Assembly: GCA_047495785.1 (NCBI GenBank)
Contig: JBLDXI010000023.1
Location: forward strand, 310,001 to 374,000
Direction: 5' to 3'
DNA length: 64,000 nt
From: Lepidodermella squamata
Taxonomy: Eukaryota; Animalia; Gastrotricha
Position 1 is the stretch's first letter. Each line of letters starts with the position of its first letter. Positions 57,902 through 64,000 of the stretch are shown here, one piece after another. Position numbers and translations under genes: made by a program. The notes beneath the pieces are model-generated. The model worked only from the letters and a program-made list of their open reading frames with translations. It searched no databases and was not told the origin of the DNA.

Positions 57902-60163
57902 TCACTCAACATCCGATACTCGCCTTTTTCTTGACCATGCTCTCCAAATACGGACAGAGAAGGGCAACATCCAAGTTGAAGAGATAGCAGCCGAAATGGC
58001 AATCAGGCTCAAAGAAACAGCGGTTCTTTGCTTCAATTGATTGCGACCTGTTAGAAGAGCAATCAGAATCGAACTCGGGTACATCGTAGCCCCAAAAGCT
58101 GCACCGAAGCACATGAGCCAAAACTCTCTAGTTCTTCTCAATCCATTGATTTGTTTAAGTTGATAGCAGAACATGAGGGATGCAAAAATACAAACCCCCT
58201 GTATGGCGGCTGTTGTCGATAGAAGCCCCCAACTCACCGCTGAAAACGACGAGCAATGCACGGCGTAGTTTTCGATTTCGACATCTAGCTTTTCGTTGTA
58301 AATTGGCTCATCAGTGGTCAAACGATTGAAGCATTTGATGTCTTGAGTAGCTAGCCAAGATACAGCTAGAGCGCAGCATCCACTGGTGTAGTAAGCAACA
58401 GCTGCGAAGAGGTGTCGGTCGACATGTTCCCAGCAGTCGGGGCAAAATGAAATCCGATCCTTCAAAAAGCGACTTCCTGCGTAGATAACGCCAACAGAGC
58501 AACTTTTCTTCACTTGGATCGCGCGCAGTAGAATTAAAGGACGGAAACTCACAACTGAGAGAACGATTGGCCCGCCCACTAAGAGCAGGAACATTGAAAC
58601 GAGTGAAATTGACGAAGATGCTGGAACTAGCTCCATCGAAAAAGCTCCAGACGACGAATTGAGAATCAGACATCCGAATAAGCCCAACATTTTAGATAGC
58701 GGAAATTTCTTCGCGCTCTTCCGCAGTCTCAAGTGTAAAAATGCGAACGAAATCTGAATTATAGACAGAATTGTGATAAGAACCCATGTTGTCACGAAAA
58801 TCTCATTGGAAACATGCTGAAATTCAACCCTGATTGTTGGTTTGTCTTTGGGCGGACGGCCAGAAATCCAGTCAATCTCTCTAGTCATTTGAATCTCAAA
58901 ATTGGCAACATCGTAAGCATTCGAGAAGTTCTTCGACGCTTTAGACCTCAACAGACCGGCATATTTCAGGCCAAAAACTGGTCGGTAGATCAAGACGCTT
59001 GACAAATCGCCTTCAAACACTCCAGAAGCACTGTAAGACTTCTCGCCATACCTTAGACCGAAATACCTCAGATTAAGCACGGATTCATTAGCTATTCTGG
59101 CGATGAGTTCTGCGTTGTTAGGGTAATCTCGGAGGCTCAAGCCGTATTTTAACCTCAAACTTGCTTCTGTCGCGTTCAGGGCAAGGACAGCGGCTAATAC
59201 TGTGTCGTGAACGATTGTAGGAGACACGTATGAAACTAGAGTCCGATTAACGGCGTTGTTGAGAAAGTTATAGAGCTGCAGATTCGAAAATCCCAACTCG
59301 CTGAATTGCGTGTAATTTTCCATGTTTGTCACCCCAAAATAGAAAGAATGCCGAACTTGAAGCAGAATGTCCGATAGAGAGCATGTAGTAGTCTGAACCG
59401 CTGTTGAAAATCCCCCTTGCTGCGTCATGAAAACGTAACGTGTCCCCGAAATTCCGGCTCTGTAGGCCTCGCAAAGAAATTTTATGTAGGTCAAAGCGTT
59501 CGAAACACTGACAAAAATTATCCTGAGACCGCTGCGTTTGAAAGATTTGATGTCATCAGCAAAAACGTCACTGGCTATGTTGAACCAAGGCACGGTAAAT
59601 CCTGACGCCAAAGCCCGTTCCTGAAGGAAGAACGCGAGACCATAATCATTGACATTGCCCGAATTCGCCCAGATGCCGAGCTGTGACCAACTGCCCATTT
59701 TACGCATGAAAAGCAAGATTGTCATAGCTGAGGCTTTGTAGGTAGATATGGACAGGTACAGATTCGGATTGGCGGATCTGTCTTCCAAAGATGGAGCCGC
59801 GCATGACTGACTGATAGCTACCGTGGCGACGAAGTTCAACAGTGGCCCAACAGCTTTGCAGCCTGACGAGAAAGCAGGCCCGACGATAATCGGAGATTGT
59901 AGGGTCGAGTTTGCGTTTTTGAATTCGACCAATCGGCGGACAGCTGCAATGCCCAATTCCTCGTCTGCTATTTCCAGCTCAAGGTGGTAGTCGGATAAAA
60001 TATCCGGCCGTAGATTGACTTGGTCGACGACGTATTTCGTGGATAGAATCATAGTTTGGACAGACAGTGGATCGACCTGGCTTATCGGTACTAAACTGAG
60101 TAGCTTGAGTTTGAAGGGTTTCAATGCCACCGCAACCTGGAAAAGGAAGAATATCACTATCAT
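57902..60163 (-). CDS. Class C GPCR, GABA-B-like paralogue 2, intronless
   Basis: Signal peptide, VNLRPDILSDY, GPAFSSGC, FLCEAYRAGISGTRYVF, GRPPKD and 7TM. Confidence 0.88.
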   Translation of the reverse strand: MIVIFFLFQVAVALKPFKLKLLSLVPISQVDPLSVQTMILSTKYVVDQVNLRPDILSDYHLELEIADEELGIAAVRRLVEFKNANSTLQSPIIVGPAFSSGCKAVGPLLNFVATVAISQSCAAPSLEDRSANPNLYLSISTYKASAMTILLFMRKMGSWSQLGIWANSGNVNDYGLAFFLQERALASGFTVPWFNIASDVFADDIKSFKRSGLRIIFVSVSNALTYIKFLCEAYRAGISGTRYVFMTQQGGFSTAVQTTTCSLSDILLQVRHSFYFGVTNMENYTQFSELGFSNLQLYNFLNNAVNRTLVSYVSPTIVHDTVLAAVLALNATEASLRLKYGLSLRDYPNNAELIARIANESVLNLRYFGLRYGEKSYSASGVFEGDLSSVLIYRPVFGLKYAGLLRSKASKNFSNAYDVANFEIQMTREIDWISGRPPKDKPTIRVEFQHVSNEIFVTTWVLITILSIIQISFAFLHLRLRKSAKKFPLSKMLGLFGCLILNSSSGAFSMELVPASSSISLVSMFLLLVGGPIVLSVVSFRPLILLRAIQVKKSCSVGVIYAGSRFLKDRISFCPDCWEHVDRHLFAAVAYYTSGCCALAVSWLATQDIKCFNRLTTDEPIYNEKLDVEIENYAVHCSSFSAVSWGLLSTTAAIQGVCIFASLMFCYQLKQINGLRRTREFWLMCFGAAFGATMYPSSILIALLTGRNQLKQRTAVSLSLIAISAAISSTWMLPFSVRIWRAWSRKRRVSDVE

Positions 60164-61075
60164 TTTTTAAACTTTGAACCGATACGTTTCGCATTTCGTA
60201 GAGTCTTTTCTCAGCGTGGTTAATCGTGGGCGTCAGGCGGCTCGTGCTTCTCAGGAATTCAGAATAATTAATGCAGAAAATTGTCAAAACTCAGGCATAA
60301 TTAGCAAAAAGCACTCAGAAATTAGTGCCTACCTGTTATAAGCGGGAAAGAGTGCGTCGAATTCCTGACGCAAAGCTGTCTTCTATTTTGATTAGGATAA
60401 AGTTATCAATGAGATGGCATTTGCACTCTTAATAATTACTAAGGGTAACAGCACACTTTTTTAGTCTAAAATCCGCTTGGTAATTCTAACTTTTCTAGGT
60501 TGAAATAAAACCGGACCATCTTATTTTGTCTCTCTGTAGCATTTATGTCTATAGGGTTCCAGCGACCAGTGACCACATCGGATTTCTAAAAACTGGGCAA
60601 AGCTATTCAAACTAGGAGAAATTGGAAAAATTACCGAACAGAATTGCTCTCGTGAATTTTTCTATGACGCAGAACGTCATACAATCCAAACAACGAAATT
60701 CGCGATAAAACATGTCATTTCGTCGATTCGGTCGATCACGTCAGCTGTAAGGGAAAACTGTAAGAAAAGGACGAAGAAAGTTTTTAGCAGTGGAGACATG
60801 ATTTTTACCTATAGGTAATCGAAAATCAGAGTTTTTTCAGGCAGGCTTTCCTAACAGTTACCTATATCGATTTGCGCTTTGTGTTATCCATGAAAATTCA
60901 TTAAATTTTACTATAAATAAACAAAACCCCTAGAAACGGCCACTCAACAACTCAACCAACAACAACCAATACCAACTGGCTGGTAGGAGTGCGCGAGCGG
61001 AGGAAACACCAGCGGACCGGAAAATGTGCAAAGAGATGACAACCATTGTGTGACCACTTAAAAGTCCAATCCAAT

Positions 61076-61348
61076 GCGCACGCTGATTGGTCAATCGATC
61101 GTTGCTATGACTCCCGGATGAAACATGTTGGTCGTGCGATCCATAAGATTTTTTGCAACAAGTGTTTTTTGCCGCAGCAATTTACCATCATTAATATGGA
61201 GTTTACGCTCGTGGTCAATGGAAACCGTGCAGAGGGTGTGGCAAGGTCATTTTTGCATAAATATAAAATAATTTATTAGTGGATCGCACGACTAAATTGT
61301 TTCATGCCGGAGTCATTAGCAACGATAAATTGACCAATCAGCGTGCGC
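61076..61348. mobile_element. Fold-back MITE-like element
   Basis: Imperfect inverted repeats of about 68 bp (GCGCACGCTGATTGGTCAAT... / ...ATTGACCAATCAGCGTGCGC). No TSD identified. Confidence 0.65.
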
Positions 61349-61529
61349 GCCAAAGTTCAACTTACCAGCGGTTCCACAATGACTCAGGTACCGGGTAGTA
61401 AGGAGGAGGCTATGTCATAATGCAGTAATGAACAATGAAGAACACGTATGATTTTTCCAATGATGTGAAACGGCATTGTTTCAAGGCTGGTTTTCGACAT
61501 TACGAATTGTAGTATTCACGCACTGTGTA

Positions 61530-62395
61530 CACAGGAAAAAAAAAGGCATGAATTCAGGCTTTTTGCTAACATTAGCGAGCTCACACGCGATCCTTGTAAT
61601 TCGGGCCCTATGCGTATCCTTTTTCATGCTTTTTTTGCAAAGGCATTAAGCGCATGAACGTTTTTTTACAACCCCCGAATTCATGGGTTTTGAATTTTTA
61701 GATGTGTGCATATTTAAATGAGGTAAAAAATAAAGAGCAGAAAAATGACGCATTGGCGGGGATTCGAACCCTAGTCTCTAGAGTTACAGGCGAGGATTCT
61801 TACCACTTTACTACCAATGCTTAGATGAAAACTAATGCTCACATCGCCTAATCTTCCCATTTCTCTGTTGGACTTGTACCTTTTTTAACTTAAAAATTTT
61901 CAGCGACGAAAAACTAGCATTAGGGCCGATGCACCGCGGCTTGTTTAGGAACTAAATGCTCAATTCCAATCTGAACTGTAACTAAGATGCAATCTGGGTT
62001 ATTTAGGATCACTCGACTCTGTCAAATTAACGATAATTGATATCATTTTGATCATCGTGAAGTGTTTTCTGCTCGATCTAATGCTATGAGATATTAAACT
62101 TGATCGAAATTGGGTGGATACCTCGTCTCGATGCTTATTTTATCCCGAAAAGTTCAGTAACTGAAGAATAAATATCAATGCTGTGTGTTATTTCAATTGA
62201 AATATAATGCGCTTTGAAAGGCATGAAAATCAAGCACATGATTTACAAGCCTTCATAAAAAAGCGTGAATTAGGGTCTCAAAAATCCTTGTATTTCATGC
62301 CCCCAAGTTAGGGCTCGATTTTTTTCCCCAAATTCATGTCGCGTGCTGAGATTCATGCCTTAGAAAACTGAATTCATGCCTTTTTTTTTCCTGTG
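61530..62395. mobile_element. MITE with CAC...GTG ends and TA flanks (CMC/EnSpm-like)
   Basis: 28-bp TIR CACAGGAAAAAAAAAGGCATGAATTCAG. TA at 61528-61529 and 62396-62397. Internal GGCATGAA subterminal motifs. Confidence 0.85.
61750..61820 (-). pseudogene. tRNA-Gly-derived pseudo-tRNA inside the MITE
   Basis: Reads GCATTGG...GGTTCGAATCC...CCAATGC, with a perfect 7-bp acceptor stem of tRNA-Gly(GCC) type. The anticodon position reads GTA and the anticodon stem is broken. Confidence 0.7.
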
Positions 62396-62759
62396 TAGCC
62401 ATTGGGCGATACACTTTTCCCGTGTTCACATAGCCATGACCAATTATTATCATTATTTCTGAGCGGTTCAGACAATTTATCTGTTAATTTTTTAATTTGT
62501 TGAAGACTCCGAAAATCAAAATAATTTAGTACAGAGTACAGAGCCAGATTTAGCGAAATCGGCGCTAAATTTGGCTTACAGATCTGGCGCGTGCCGTATT
62601 TTTTTGCTGATGATCAGCGGCGAAAGCAATAAAATCCATTCATTACTATCATTGCGACTACGGCATCACACCTGCCAGTTGTTTTTCTGTTTCGGTAGAC
62701 AAGCAAGCTTTATTCAAATCCAGAAACACTAAAGGTCTACATGGTCACCTGGTGCTGTT

Positions 62760-64000
62760 TCAGCGGCGTAAGAAAGCCGGATACAGCCAAGTAGCTGATT
62801 CTAACATCGAAAATATAAGAGCAGCATAGCTGATAGCTACGTCTTGGTTTATCGGATGATCTGCTAAAATAACAGCGATCAAAATACCAGCTGGTAGCAA
62901 AGCAGCGCCAAATATTGCTGAGATACAAGCAGCAGAAAATTCTCGGCAATTCTTAGCGAGTCCTTTGATATGGTTCAAGTGAAAAGCTGCCATCAACGCC
63001 CCAATCAAAAACAGCAGTTGAATCGCTCCAAGAGCAGCAATCAAAGTAAAACCTTCAAGACTCATGGAACATCGTAAAAGCCAGGTTTCCTCCAACGTAT
63101 CGACAAGCTCAAAGTAAACTGGCTGGACAAAGGACTCCTCTCGGCATTTGATCCCATTTACCGCTAGCCATGCAGCAGAAATTCCGAAGCATGGCAGAAT
63201 AAGTAAACATCCCGCATAAACACTTTTTCGGTCGAATATTTTGCAGTAATTTTGAGGAAGTTGTAAAACAGGCTTCGTCCATATCGAAGTTGTTACCGAG
63301 GAGACGCGAGACCTGTGGGATGGAAATGGAGTCGCTGTAGACTTGCGATTGTCTATCAAACTTTCCCGGATGTTTTTTCGTACGAAAACTCTGATAACAT
63401 TCAAACGTGCTGTTATCAAACTACAAATCACGAGGAGTCCCAAACCAAGGCTAGCGAATGAGGCTGTTTCGATTTGCGTAGTTCTGTCTAACACGAAAAG
63501 CAAGCATGAAACGTTGAGGAGCAAACATCCGAACAGTCCCACTAGCTTCAACTTCCGGTAGTTCCAACAGGATGAAGGTTTGTCGAGTGCAATCGCGACA
63601 ATGCTCGAAATTTGCACTACAGACAACAGGGCATTGAATACGGAAATAATGTAAAAAGCAGGTCGATTGACCCTTAGAAAATTAATGTGAACTAAAGGTC
63701 GATCACGAGGTGGATATCCCAGAATCCAATTTGCTCTCGCAACCTTTTGTAGGGGAAAACTTCGAAGGTCAAATTCGCCGAAAGTTTTGTTCAAGCTCTG
63801 TTTTACCAGATAAATTGCATGCATACCATCTGATTGACTCCACTGGGTAACAGCAAAAATGTCACCTAACAGCTGGCCAGTTTTGCTGTAGGATGTTTTG
63901 CCAACCCTGACACCATCATACTCAAGAGCCAAAATCGCCTCATTCGCAATCTTCACCACAATTTCGGGCTGGCTGCTGTAGTCTCGCAACGACAGGCTGA
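62760..64000 (-). CDS. Class C GPCR paralogue 3 (N-terminus beyond the window)
   Basis: Closely similar to 54075-56363 (EYDGVRVGKTSYSKTGQLLGDI, CREFSAAC, TWLYP). 7TM. Confidence 0.88.
   Translation of the reverse strand, partial: SLSLRDYSSQPEIVVKIANEAILALEYDGVRVGKTSYSKTGQLLGDIFAVTQWSQSDGMHAIYLVKQSLNKTFGEFDLRSFPLQKVARANWILGYPPRDRPLVHINFLRVNRPAFYIISVFNALLSVVQISSIVAIALDKPSSCWNYRKLKLVGLFGCLLLNVSCLLFVLDRTTQIETASFASLGLGLLVICSLITARLNVIRVFVRKNIRESLIDNRKSTATPFPSHRSRVSSVTTSIWTKPVLQLPQNYCKIFDRKSVYAGCLLILPCFGISAAWLAVNGIKCREESFVQPVYFELVDTLEETWLLRCSMSLEGFTLIAALGAIQLLFLIGALMAAFHLNHIKGLAKNCREFSAACISAIFGAALLPAGILIAVILADHPINQDVAISYAALIFSMLESATWLYPAFLRR

Noticed and set aside
61750-61820. Functional Gly-to-Tyr recoding tRNA
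   Set aside because: The anticodon stem cannot pair (CTCGC/TCTAG), the D and T stems are mismatched, and it lies inside a MITE.

Overview
Animal (invertebrate-type) nuclear DNA with GT-AG introns and a dense transposon load; not prokaryotic. Left to right: (1) a Helitron/Helentron-type PIF1 helicase ORF, open from the window edge and lacking its last motifs, followed by a GC-rich transposon end (...GGGCCCCTACA, 4195). (2) A full-length but decayed RTE-like LINE (5009-10060, with TSD), whose endonuclease is split by a young P-type MITE with 213-bp TIRs. (3) A 5'-truncated TFIP11 copy with an in-frame TAG. (4) A 5.96-kb TGT...ACA element with a 4-bp TSD (Ginger-like ends) and unidentified decayed cargo. 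(5) An 8-exon RIC1 gene (20477-41198). Its third intron hosts, antisense, four tandem two-exon paralogues with DUF2431/BMT5-like methyltransferase motifs and a second RTE fragment; a tRNA-derived SINE lies in intron 4. (6) A strongly divergent nuclear receptor. (7) An LRR type-I membrane protein gene. (8) Three intronless GABA-B-like class C GPCRs, interleaved with a decayed EGF-repeat gene and MITEs. The best candidates for new biology are the nested BMT5-like array, the TGT...ACA family possibly carrying PIF1, the atypical nuclear receptor and the tail-less class C GPCR cluster. All family assignments come from motif recognition by eye; no database searches were run.
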